Source: an uncultured Clostridia bacterium
GTDB taxonomy: Bacteria > Bacillota > Clostridia > Christensenellales > UBA1242
Direction of reading: 5' to 3'
NCBI GenBank assembly: GCA_944381195.1
Contig: CALWKH010000002.1
Coordinates: 1 to 36,420, forward strand
Length of the DNA: 36,420 nt
Under the pieces are notes generated by a model. That model was not told where the DNA came from and did not search any database. It was given only the letters and a program-made list of their open reading frames with translations. Below, one piece after another: positions 22,001 through 26,470 of this stretch. How positions within the stretch are numbered: the stretch's first letter is position 1; the number at the start of each line of letters is the position of its first letter. A program made the position numbers and the translations under genes.

Positions 22001-25000
22001 ATCAAGTTTAACCAAATGAATTTGATGACCACAACGACAGGTGGAATTGTTGCAGGAAGAAATAATGGTGGAGTAATCAGCAACATCACAATTACAAACA
22101 GCATTGTTGGTTCGGCAGTAGAATCAGCAGTTGTTGGAGGAATTGCTGGTTACAACAGTGGAACAATTGAAAAGGTTTCCATGAGTGATATAACTCTTAT
22201 TGCAAACGGTGGAACGGTTGGTGGTGTTGCAGGAAACAGCAGTGGAATCATTACAATCAGTTCGCTTGACTTAGAGGTTCTTCAAGGCACAACTCCACTC
22301 ACAGCAGTGGGTGCAGTTGCTGGAATTACTGAGGGAACAAGTAATAGCATTACTGTTGCTGGAAATGTTAATTTCTTTATTGACAGCCCAGTTAACATTG
22401 GTGGTGGAATTGTTGGAAAAGCATCAAGCGGTGGTGAAATCACAATCAATCAAGGTGCGACTGTAACCTTTGCAAACGCTGGTGGAACAAGTATTGGTGG
22501 AATTGTTGGAAATATCAGCGGAAGCGAAGCAATCAACGTTTACATTCTTGGTCAAAGCACGCTTACAACAACTTCATCAACAAACGTTGGTTCAATCATT
22601 GGTTTGATTGACGGTCAAGCCGAAACAACAATCTATATTGAACAAGGAAACCTTGCGCTAAGTGTTAGCGACAGCGAAAATGTTGGTGGTGTTGTTGGGT
22701 TCAGCCAGACAAGCAGTTTGACAATTCGAACACAAGATTCAACAGACTTCACAGCAGATATCACAATCACCTCTCTTGGTGGCAATGAAAATGTTGGTGG
22801 TGTGATTGGACGAAACACAAACACAGTAACAGGCTTTACAAATACTGGTAGCATTAATATCTCTGTTACAGACACCGATGTTTCAACAGGAGGTTTTGTT
22901 GGACATAACAGCGGAACCATTGAGGTAAATGTTTCTAATGTTACAATTACTGGCAATGCTTCATATGTTGGAGGAATCACCGGCTTTAACACCAGTAACG
23001 CAACAATCAGAGAAACAACATCTAACAACATTAATATTACGGCAGTAGACTATGTTGGAGGAATTGCTGGATATAATGATGCAGAAATTTATCAAGTAAC
23101 AGTTTCAAACCTCACAATTTCTGCAAACAGTTATGTTGGAGGAATTGCTGGTCTTAATGACGGAGATATTGGAAGAGATGGAGAGGACTATCGTATTCAA
23201 CTTAACAACATGAGCCTTTCGGCTTTAAACAGAGTTGGAGCAATCACTTCAATCAATAACAACACAGTTATGAATGTTATGATTTCCGACCAAAGTGGAG
23301 CAATCACTGTTACCTATCAAGGCGGACTTGATAGTGAAGAAAGTGGTGCGGGCTTTATGATGTCGGTTAACAATGGCTATATAAGCGGAATAACAGCAAC
23401 CTTTACGAGCACTGGAACAAGACTTGTTCTAGACAGTGCAATCACACACAACATTGGTGTTATAACGGGAGTTAACGCAAACAGCATAACTGCTTCAAGT
23501 GTTACAGGATTTACCTTGGCACTTAACAGCAATGTAACAGACTCGGGTCTTATTGGACTTAACTTCTCGAATTCACTTGTTGGCGGGGTTACTTCATCAA
23601 ACTTTGTTATAACTGGTGGAAGTGAAAATCTGGGACTTTTGGTTGGACTTAACCAAGGAACAGTCAGTGATTCATTTGTGAACAACTCACAAAACACCAC
23701 ATGGAACTTATCGGGTGTTACAGGTGCGGGTGCGGTTGGAAAGAATGAAAGTGTGATTTCTGGTCTAACAATCTCGAACAACCTTGTTATAACTGGAAAC
23801 GGGCAAAGTGTTGGTGCAGTTGCCGGAATTAACGAAGGCACAATCGGTGGCATTAACGCCGTTAGCAGTGTTTCAATTTCTGGAGATAGTGACATTGGTG
23901 GCTTTGTTGGACACAGCAGTGGCACAATTACTATTGCAAGCAACGCATCAGCAACAGTTACAAGCGTTACTGTGAGCGGTAACACGAATATTGGTGGCTT
24001 CTTTGGGTATAACGAAGGCAGTTTCAGAGGTAATGGTGAAGATAACGTTTCACAAAGCAATGTTTCTGGTGCAAGTAATGTTGGTGGCTTTGTTGGATAT
24101 AATGCAAGCAATTCTTCTATCACAAACGAAGGTATAACTGATGCAAATGTTTCAGGTGGAACGGTATCGGCATCTGCCGTTGGAGATGTTAGACTTGGAG
24201 GTCTTGTTGGATACAATACTTCAATCATCACAACTTCAACCGTTTATGGAACAAATGTCACAAGTTTGGTTGGTGAAGATTATGCAAGCATAACAGGTGG
24301 CTTTGCTGGTGAAAACGCAAGTGGAGCAAGCATCACAAGTCCAACTGTTACCTTCTCAAGCACAAGCAACATTATTGCAGGCGACTATGTTGGTGGAATT
24401 GCTGGACGCAATGGTGGTAGCATCTCAAGTGCAACCGTTTCAATTGACTCTGGAATTGTTACAACCAGCAAGACAATTGAAAGTGCAGGCGACTATGTTG
24501 GTGGAATTGCAGGAATCAACACGGGAACAATAAGTGGAACAACCACAGTTGCAACGGGCAATGTCTTTGATGCCTATGGTATCATGGGTGGAATTGCTGG
24601 TGAAAACTCTGGAACAATCACGGGAACGGTTCGAACAGGTGCAAACCTTGATATGCATATTGTTAGCGGAACAGGTAGTTCTGGAGACCGTAGACACTAT
24701 ATCTTTGGTGGAGTTGTTGGGCGCAACACTGGAAGCATTAGCGCAAGCATAACAATCAGTTCAACAAACATCAACGGTGGAATTATTCTTGGTGGAGTTG
24801 TTGGACTTAATGACGGAGGCAGTCTGCCATCAAGTGCATCTGGTGTTACCTTTGCTAACGATTTAACAATTACATTCTATGGTGCAATTCTTACAACTTC
24901 TGGAGATAATCAATATCTTGTGTTTAACAGCAGTCGTCCATGGTTCAGCGCGCTTTCTTCGATCACAAGCGGACAACTTTATGCTGTTTCATATGGAAAG

Positions 25001-25129
25001 ATAATTGGTTGTCAGGTTTCTGGAAGCACGGGCGCAGCATATTCAACAGCAAGCAGAGTTACCTTTGCGCTTCAAGGTAACACAACAAACATTGTTGACC
25101 CTGCTGCAATTGGTAACTATGGACCATAA
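7013..25129 (+). CDS. Giant (6,038 aa) lipoprotein-anchored surface protein: Ig-like domains plus seven GLUG-type parallel beta-helix cassettes
   Basis: Single uninterrupted 18,117-nt ORF with a promoter, SD and lipobox signal peptide. It carries Big_2-like signatures such as GTFTVTAHSAGEAVITLTSQNGV. Dozens of VGG[LI][AV]G-x-N-x-G-x-I turns match the GLUG motif. Cassette openers (W/Y-TPIG...F-x-G-x-F-x-G-N-G-x-x-I) and cassette caps (FDF..W....P.L) recur. Confidence 0.9.
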   Translation: MKTNVLKAFMLIMFVGVMSVFGLSACAGPRDGMAIEISSDQIIVDENGNRHITLTIEYDEQGNVVADSGQATLSARVINGDSSIDRTVEAVESSETQLFATTTYDTETQTNTVTIRAVSATAESDSSFVTIMSNEDNNVFERVYVEVVQKATSMDYADSLDVTTDASGDVINNLAVIKDVPFVFDTDSLFEFGTVGTESAVTPNIVYQIDLTGEIYQNGDSITIGSNQDVSQITITAFDQDDTSNTALQKTFVLDVLSNVSEDDVVINRTDTETLQADISSLTLLTSHTVSYNNATIEIVVEQNDEFDYSCEFVNSSQKIYLEVNSLYPAQNNVFTLQGIMSLPDVIEVNFIVSYAGILNSPEVVKTLAINVVDYPTEILINDTPQQYRRLTTLPASPEEYVGYYIAVNDDYVLVTDDNYSSLGIVAGYTVCYALQDFELVVFDAYEGEANGEELVVDLGRFTMGYGEYTISVDVDNADTQTLTFAQNLLINGEAMLVDDTTGTIEYLAPTFTSGDTLVIRLKEGFVGSGSLSLIITPTSQADTDNLLTRNLLLQFTTGITDIVVSENQLSADGELLLEVSEGQTANSTRDISFTVLPDEASMAGAYGSYVSASSSDSSVVTVSEVTTNQGVGTFTVTAHSAGEAVITLTSQNGVTEEIYVSVIATLNTFTLSAEEDGSSSNTTSISYKDDAIDSSKQTVDTIVIEEGKAFNLIYGIYPSNATITDISYFIGSLDENGAIISTQTPISESDIINIQDFQRQNGHGSNDPNNHGTGVEYVVAVISFDGLSDDGTQIVTKQITQTFAVDVYIPIKSLTANVTSFELLSGGVSGYYNQQQQEQEVELIASPDGTTVTTASAVWSMSAGASSYITVEAIDGFSEEENGVITGSKVLIRASNQIVGGSREVEVYATIQDRGRELSCTITVTVNPQILVSTLTIGNYDETNGFYFEETQGFSSLDQDAEGNELDRIATLNSTSQEDSAVSQVEYLNTRIQYSGSQIPTNSNLSYFLFDATVDQDGNWAVSDANRQYTSHSTSVWLGYDYAQSKYFVTPLASGYTILYIVPQDKLSNEESIVTYEELQGISNKLEVHITVADGYTTYYRLYDSEDILDLAGNSSAWDKNYYVMNDIEIRATSNWTPIGNSTQAFTGTITSFSDTASTIYGFNLNLAEGVLEDDNTYGIFGVFNGRLENVNIDITSLNINFPADLTEYYIGSLAGRVLSGAVIEDVTIRTRQVQLASSVLGIFANFYVGTIGLNESGNISNLSTDLTGVIESTNAETINLVMGGAIGLNRATFAEISGLAISAETNITGAYENSFSSSSAFGGAIGRNESAISLVSANGSIILGESTLANALGGLVGVSTADISNSTSSVSLANAINVGGIVGVATAINLSNVTYEIYSTSRDIALSSALTDQTQNIYVGGLAGLINGSASIAYSYVISFDSDKVISSSQNLGGLVGGSAGSLNINNSFFSANIDAQTARNVGGLVGTASIGATISNTFVTGTITGATTSNAGLFVGTVGANSGITTSYSAMTANIQLGGVISGNVTYRNTIIMRYGANWNEVSISGITYLNSTQMSTQSNFTGFDFTSTWAIADSATNSGHPILLNTDGSYLYPNIITSIVATANSGLESSNIFNTSSSTQVIIVLSDLANNQIRLADIFSFLVSPQQDISTVRVSVSAGTSSNAISIFGGSMLGNIYIEVLGVGVTSLTISSSTSSARCVVEIAVVNGFDDVYLYESIDKKQEADAADDEDVQETFNITAGSSVNILTGTTEEWYADFIDANGDSLNGNNVGGGMMFLLEEGYITIGDDDFSERTYSIEQILNISLAFSGDEQTVFRILSGDNNATVTESAGTYTFNAFDSFWGEIDANGDFTAGTVTGERTVTRSQIISAMTRTVLGSSSGLMDNGLNEMNATELEERANSLLDVFARFFANSSVFTQTIDEQMHIVFCVDNKPYFTVSQREGTSTRFVVVTKVFMSVENDSYISVSGTNRHEQLEVTLIPYYVGVFSEVNYSLLFNKSLTFFVVCYDGIENVTTNVGGTEENPTEIELSQNLSFTVTMQSDSPYDEQAGSLITITDIDTGEIVAQKNILDDLSSELMVMNGYVFDVDNLTASDGVITEQVLFGIDDNFKQQYKTAKTFEITVVNKMFVENGKQIERTFYVKINTQSVQSIDILHYADAELEGESQTTPGNYLTNAGAEPTNTIMAGEYGLLRINVFPNYADFDQITITSNVVENDVVSFVQRVAETISVNGANQTRYYYYEDGVTYIENGIIVAPVSNRDLTFDGNIYLQTLIAKQTTSAAGFIITVTISKDGMPDIVQEFNLAVDATANLIISYDATLNPESIEPEAYIAVGTGGSGETYASNRNEFTITQVGVFDVAPSVSIIDDETGGNVQIENVDGRYYIVVGNADIVGRHFTVSVSAVKYVNGYRRTISRAMNFTIVDYVLKDGSIVIDEAPNNSFSEPFADNANYKLTIRIDTTKINANTAISGVQTRINALQEDFNDGTINPWSLLDSSGNLISIEQGGTLGASYYYAVTNELSDPVYAAGTAPTGEQLSEYTVINNAFYLRLVVGSVNLDDNGWYICPVRQSSGNSIVLNAFSFLYTDSGLLTNELPSDASTYFTVPYQNISISFIQLSSTEEPIPINTLNELLSMEEGEHCRLMQDIDASGILWTPLNVAISSLDGNGHTITIGRFATLTGTETLPANYGLFGTVSENTLLKNITVKYSVTTEDDGLDQTESTHLNFGGIAGINNGIIVNCEVNSINNLNAVITISSLPLETNVFNVGGLVGKNNGDISNSRVEKISLTARGTVAGFAAVNNGAIASSYADNSIITNTSTTNTVGATAGFVGYNNANASITTSYAGGTYATLSTNEDGVSSLNVDTSVGLNGRTQQIVASVNTGGFLYSNAGSVTDCFAGVALSVEAQGSSSGGFMYENLTGGTVTRSYSVSSSPQNNYAHTPFVAPNSTYSALNTAEDDAFEDCFYYNSGYGQNGISLTEALGIERRTIEQFVNDNNDSIGVWDAYSISRYSSGDRTSGEEFTSVWTFLNSNNVYFNYNNFKASTQAQGTTSRLLGPRLVSADMIAVESWDLVGYDFDQKAYVYTRGDVSINGTNHAVTDHLTIVNNDIIVSPHIITSAEDLYDAMTADADTQNDNGIIDDWYRLAADIDLTELVALGYDMTTINTATFAGNFEGNGFEISGIDISVRTGESAGLFATIDSLNSSTNNYASVQNLSLVVQELAASSVSKVGALAGTINNAVLGNISVSPDSNTVTIVGYNFVGGVAGKIMGTSRASNLTSSISVTAVFGNSATNSLVYNEDLMRFYGLEEEGYNNDENILSYAGGIFGVVDLTPIIEDNFIISTDEYEESRLANLTVTGESKISGTTVGGVIGLLGTSSHVTNIKKLAENGSELKGSRYVGGIIGENHGYINFAQLLYTEEVQDRINSSQYVGSIDTEADFDLFVGTSKAIGGLIGINFGFTSDMQSGVVDNSQNRVAVKNSNAQIAGGLIGISVGGEITACFATASVRSATTGITGGAFGVIGGVENFSSDVQDPFEAISNKTAYEGMQYSSRFTIVSDIVALNNWSYSDYNILLNIQENGYLGGFVGVIYSERISEAHTSMTNEEYEELVAEGVGISASKEDNFYVSTIYNSQPQKTSNTSDGAVISAIGGRSSSTDLSDVATGLTRYEMWTYSYENNSGNEDVNTQVDRMFENWPVYDYGVLMDEESETFKIINYDSYGVPFYNPQQNPNRIEIWTVEDFLDMEDLLDANYVLMADLDFTGVDYTPIGTSSRPFTGTFTGTHYDEATNTNITHVLYNITMTTDLTYNTPAVGIFGYTSGATIQDVVINNINFSWVPSVFNSTAAAGFLIGIAEDTEVLNVQIVEDHSRVDATITDNSFSMNGVTYTISGNSISGSDGSRATITENSFTLNNKHYRLDTARNEISQVWTGENVLRSSANAVGGLIGNYSLKRQSSANLQNSFIEADIELSQVTDQRIPIDYQGGSGQFIIAGSTYTIDSQNNVSDSSGFRIGNASSPLRIGEYICVKESGENYMLVSAASLPESSAGGFIGYVETNTNNVLSIIGSYFQGNITSYRDSQLNLGGFAGKTANTTYNENFVDATINISYISNLLSAGGFAGTLINSNVNNATAHGDFNITVDSNTMDIYIGGFVGRATGRITNAVTYENINFNTTQNWTATASGTDTQMVAGFAGSFGTNMDSIELINIASLSTIKNNTLMINTDGFSFETPTISDVNGTFATNVYFDEYLALAGDINNFSRQSWDFILGNGEVVYNYVDASDAFSVLSIGNNKYPRVNTNTGLVTARYQEKFDSIFTNALSGSKINPIQVSSVDDFNSMTGVVGNWYIQSNNLSNIPLHQTKTMLGFYNGAGYTITAQRYDYIYGSEQSLIDMGVFTTVGDKGVISGVNVDSVIYLGLLATDEGRTNIGFIASVVNEGGIVFGSASTGQITIVSSQQTSNIIGGLVAVNDGQVFSCASSVDITVNTTGTGEYFAVGGMAGYTEGGHSYYSYRDSYYSGSIINNITSSSQALVGGITGMVVGATSTTVQGASLSTFFMRNTYSAASITGNGGMLVGDIMATQEFVVNVYYVDKIKNPVQAKTIANFGIGFNITNQRNNTQNITSGFEYSTGSYSTPMTEGLWSNTVNFNFGLPHLRTETNLVDTGIGTPEKPYLLNSEGQLAWALNNGGTANVNYYSLTRNLDYGILTNIDSLITSVTFNGYLLGNGYYISNSTGVLVGANRGAITQVGFDGTITASVLVTNNNSGVVSEIYTTRSGDSGIIASGTGSVVDCLTYNYAIDKNGVARTKTSVQYATTLNDENFDYISTWVLQPTSSSATAALTTGMQNLRVFVNSLENVDITGITGTADDTLTQNAEGFNEYTLHITTKEQYAAILQYIIRSGMNGESYIINLEADLDITGLKMGDLGDGKDITISINGNNHTIYNVILDNNASSSYAGIIGEWYSGTISDIKFNQMNLMTTTTGGIVAGRNNGGVISNITITNSIVGSAVESAVVGGIAGYNSGTIEKVSMSDITLIANGGTVGGVAGNSSGIITISSLDLEVLQGTTPLTAVGAVAGITEGTSNSITVAGNVNFFIDSPVNIGGGIVGKASSGGEITINQGATVTFANAGGTSIGGIVGNISGSEAINVYILGQSTLTTTSSTNVGSIIGLIDGQAETTIYIEQGNLALSVSDSENVGGVVGFSQTSSLTIRTQDSTDFTADITITSLGGNENVGGVIGRNTNTVTGFTNTGSINISVTDTDVSTGGFVGHNSGTIEVNVSNVTITGNASYVGGITGFNTSNATIRETTSNNINITAVDYVGGIAGYNDAEIYQVTVSNLTISANSYVGGIAGLNDGDIGRDGEDYRIQLNNMSLSALNRVGAITSINNNTVMNVMISDQSGAITVTYQGGLDSEESGAGFMMSVNNGYISGITATFTSTGTRLVLDSAITHNIGVITGVNANSITASSVTGFTLALNSNVTDSGLIGLNFSNSLVGGVTSSNFVITGGSENLGLLVGLNQGTVSDSFVNNSQNTTWNLSGVTGAGAVGKNESVISGLTISNNLVITGNGQSVGAVAGINEGTIGGINAVSSVSISGDSDIGGFVGHSSGTITIASNASATVTSVTVSGNTNIGGFFGYNEGSFRGNGEDNVSQSNVSGASNVGGFVGYNASNSSITNEGITDANVSGGTVSASAVGDVRLGGLVGYNTSIITTSTVYGTNVTSLVGEDYASITGGFAGENASGASITSPTVTFSSTSNIIAGDYVGGIAGRNGGSISSATVSIDSGIVTTSKTIESAGDYVGGIAGINTGTISGTTTVATGNVFDAYGIMGGIAGENSGTITGTVRTGANLDMHIVSGTGSSGDRRHYIFGGVVGRNTGSISASITISSTNINGGIILGGVVGLNDGGSLPSSASGVTFANDLTITFYGAILTTSGDNQYLVFNSSRPWFSALSSITSGQLYAVSYGKIIGCQVSGSTGAAYSTASRVTFALQGNTTNIVDPAAIGNYGP
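7091..10300 (+). other. N-terminal stalk of the giant protein: multiple Ig-like (Big_2-like) beta-sandwich modules
   Basis: The region is rich in T/V/S/I alternating strands. The clearest Big_2-like unit is at about 8790-9010 (ISFTVLPDEAS...SSSDSSVVTVSE...GTFTVTAHSAGEAVITLTSQNGVTEEIYVSVI). Similar strand endings occur at about 7350-7410 and 9715-9800. Boundaries are approximate. Confidence 0.55.
10306..11838 (+). other. Beta-helix cassette 1 of the giant protein
   Basis: Opener YYRLYDSEDILDL...NWTPIGNSTQAFTGTI (W1137 at 10421), followed by GLUG-type turns (MGGAIGLN, FGGAIGRN, LGGLVGVS, VGGIVGVA, VGGLAGLI, LGGLVGGS, VGGLVGTA). Cap FDFTSTWAIADSATNSGHPILLN ends at about 11838. Confidence 0.6.
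14948..16270 (+). other. Beta-helix cassette 2 of the giant protein
   Basis: Opener EEPIPINTLNELLSM...ILWTPLNVAISSLDGNGHTITI (W2679 at 15047), turns FGGIAGINNGIIVNC and VGGLVGKNNGDISNS, and a cap region FTSVWTFLN...LGPRLV. Confidence 0.6.
16424..18280 (+). other. Beta-helix cassette 3 of the giant protein
   Basis: Opener SPHIITSAEDLYDAM...ATFAGNFEGNGFEISGI (about 16590-16640), turns VGGVAGKI, YAGGIFGV, VGGVIGLL, YVGGIIGENHGYI, IGGLIGINFG and AGGLIGIS, and a cap-like ENWPVYDYG...GVPFYNP. Confidence 0.55.
18290..19990 (+). other. Beta-helix cassette 4 of the giant protein (contains a 29-aa tandem duplication insert)
   Basis: Opener RIEIWTVEDFLDMEDLLDANYVLMADLDFTGVDYTPIGTSSRPFTGTFTG (PIG at 18395-18403), turns VGGLIGNY, AGGFIGYV, LGGFAGKT, AGGFAGTL and IGGFVGRA, and cap SWDFILG...NKYPRVN. 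Confidence 0.6.
20069..21063 (+). other. Beta-helix cassette 5 of the giant protein
   Basis: Opener NPIQVSSVDDFNSM...GFYNGAGYTITA (G4397 at 20201), turns IIGGLVAVNDGQV, VGGMAGYT and VGGITGMV, and cap LWSNTVNFNFGLPHLRTE. Confidence 0.55.
21083..21590 (+). other. Beta-helix cassette 6 of the giant protein (short)
   Basis: Opener GTPEKPYLLNSEGQLAWAL...FNGYLLGNGYYISN (G4751 at 21263) and cap ENFDYISTWVLQP. Confidence 0.5.
21731..25129 (+). repeat. Beta-helix cassette 7: roughly 1,130-aa near-continuous array of GLUG-type turns to the C-terminus
   Basis: Opener YTLHITTKEQYAAIL...ISINGNNHTIYNV (G4964 at 21902). Several dozen 20-28-aa units of the type VGGIAGYNSGTIEKVSMSDITL follow. There is no LPXTG, SLH or choline-binding anchor, and no TM segment at the end (...IVDPAAIGNYGP). 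Confidence 0.7.
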
Positions 25130-25194
25130 GATTTTGTGAAAAATTTTAAAAAATTTTTAAGATTTATTTGTTAAATCTGAAAAACTCTATCATT

Positions 25195-25235
25195 AAACAG
25201 CATCTTGAAAGTGTTTAACTTTTGGGGTGCTGTTT
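25195..25235 (+). terminator. Possible terminator of the giant CDS (weak)
   Basis: AAACAGCA (25195-25202) pairs with TGCTGTTT (25228-25235) around a 25-nt loop that contains its own AAAGT/ACTTT hairpin. The downstream tract is only moderately T-rich. Confidence 0.3.
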
Positions 25236-25322
25236 ATTATTAAAGGAAAAAACCAACATTCTGGTGGTTTGGTGAAAGTTTTTATTGAATTTTTCCCTTT
25301 TGTTGTCAAAGCGTTTGTTATA

Positions 25323-25351
25323 TTGAAATTTGTTTGAAAATATGTTATACT
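25323..25351 (+). promoter_or_regulatory. Sigma-A-type promoter for CDS 25361-26242
   Basis: TTGAAA (25323-25328), 17-nt spacer with TGt extended -10 (25343-25345), TATACT (25346-25351). The predicted start of transcription falls within a few nt of ATG 25361. Confidence 0.6.
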
Positions 25352-25360
25352 CGTGTTGAT

Positions 25361-26242
25361 ATGAAAAATATGTTGGATAATCTTGGCATTGAAAAATCAA
25401 AAGAGGAAATCATTTTTGCATCAAAGGGATGCGAATATGTCGATTATTTATGCTCAAAAAAGGTACTTGAAAAATTGGAAATATCCTATGCCGAAGAAAA
25501 TGGTATTTCAAGAAAAGAAGTCAAAACCGAGTTTATAAATCATGGCAATGATATGATGGTTTATGTCATCAAAACTCCAAACGATATTCAAACGGTGTTG
25601 ATTGGTCTTCCAACACTTGAATTTGGAAAACTCAAAAAAGAGGCAGACCTTTTATATCACTTTCATCAAATTGATACATCTGTTATTTCGCCAATAAAAT
25701 ATGAAGCTTTAGAGGCAGGACGATTTAAGCGCGAATTGATGCTTACACCATATATCTATCAAGCACGATGCATCTCAAACTTTGAGGGCAAATTTGGACT
25801 TTATATTCCAGAGCCAAAATATAGGTTTGTCCCTACAAACGATAATCAAACATCAATGATAAAAACCTGTATAATTGCAAAATTGATTTCAAGTTTTGAT
25901 TTGCAAAACAATATGGGCATAAGCAAAATTCAAATTACTGGTGGAGATTTTATTTTGCAAAAAGGGTGGGAAAAGCAAAAGCCGACTTTTGAAAACACCA
26001 TGAGCAATTTAAAACTTATTTCAGCCCGAGATAGTATAAATTGTTCTTTGCAGGAATATGTTGATTTAATAAAACAAGAATTTCCTTTGATAACCAAACA
26101 TCCAGATGACTATAAGGCAAACAATCGCTTTCTTTTGAACACTTGCAGTGAAATTCCTTTTACAAATCAAGAAATTGGCAAAGGTATTGAACTTGGCATG
26201 AAAGCAAAAAGGAAACAAGAAAACCGCGAAATAACATTGTGA
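25361..26242 (+). CDS. Hypothetical cytoplasmic protein (293 aa), family not recognised
   Basis: The ORF-track start (TTG 25334) lies inside the promoter, so the first in-frame ATG downstream of the -10 is 25361 (MKNMLDNLGIEK...). There is no SD, signal peptide or TM segment, and I recognise no motif. Confidence 0.65.
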   Translation: MKNMLDNLGIEKSKEEIIFASKGCEYVDYLCSKKVLEKLEISYAEENGISRKEVKTEFINHGNDMMVYVIKTPNDIQTVLIGLPTLEFGKLKKEADLLYHFHQIDTSVISPIKYEALEAGRFKRELMLTPYIYQARCISNFEGKFGLYIPEPKYRFVPTNDNQTSMIKTCIIAKLISSFDLQNNMGISKIQITGGDFILQKGWEKQKPTFENTMSNLKLISARDSINCSLQEYVDLIKQEFPLITKHPDDYKANNRFLLNTCSEIPFTNQEIGKGIELGMKAKRKQENREITL

Positions 26243-26326
26243 AATCTTTATAAAAAACAGATGCAATTTTTAGCAAATTTTTAGGTTTAGTTTTTTTGAA
26301 AATAATTTTTAGTCTGTTTTTAAATT

Positions 26327-26437
26327 GATTTATGTTCATATTTATATTTATATTTTTACTTTGATTTATATTTACATTTAAATTTGTGTTTACATTTATA
26401 TTTACATTATATTTATACTTTTTGTTTATATTTACTT
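26327..26437. repeat. Degenerate TTTAYA tract with three 30-bp phased units
   Basis: The head TTTATATTTAC(A) occurs at 26365, 26395 and 26425, an exact 30-bp period. Looser TTTATA/TTTACA hexamers run from about 26327. Confidence 0.55.
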
Positions 26438-26440
26438 TTA

Positions 26441-26470
26441 AAAATGCGTTTTAAATTTAAAACGCATTTT
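26441..26470. terminator. Bidirectional intrinsic terminator between convergent CDS 25361-26242 and the yyaC-like CDS
   Basis: Near-perfect palindrome AAAATGCGTTTTAAA/TTTAAAACGCATTTT, with U-tracts on both strands. It overlaps the last four codons of the minus-strand CDS. Confidence 0.6.

Noticed and set aside
23377-24231. 284-aa antisense ORF, along with many shorter ones such as 22633-23031, 15151-15501 and 10756-11184, inside the giant gene.
   Set aside because: These lie opposite the repetitive GGxxG-encoding region. The translations are low-complexity P/T/L/S strings, have no start context, and are the expected by-product of a codon-biased repeat on the other strand.
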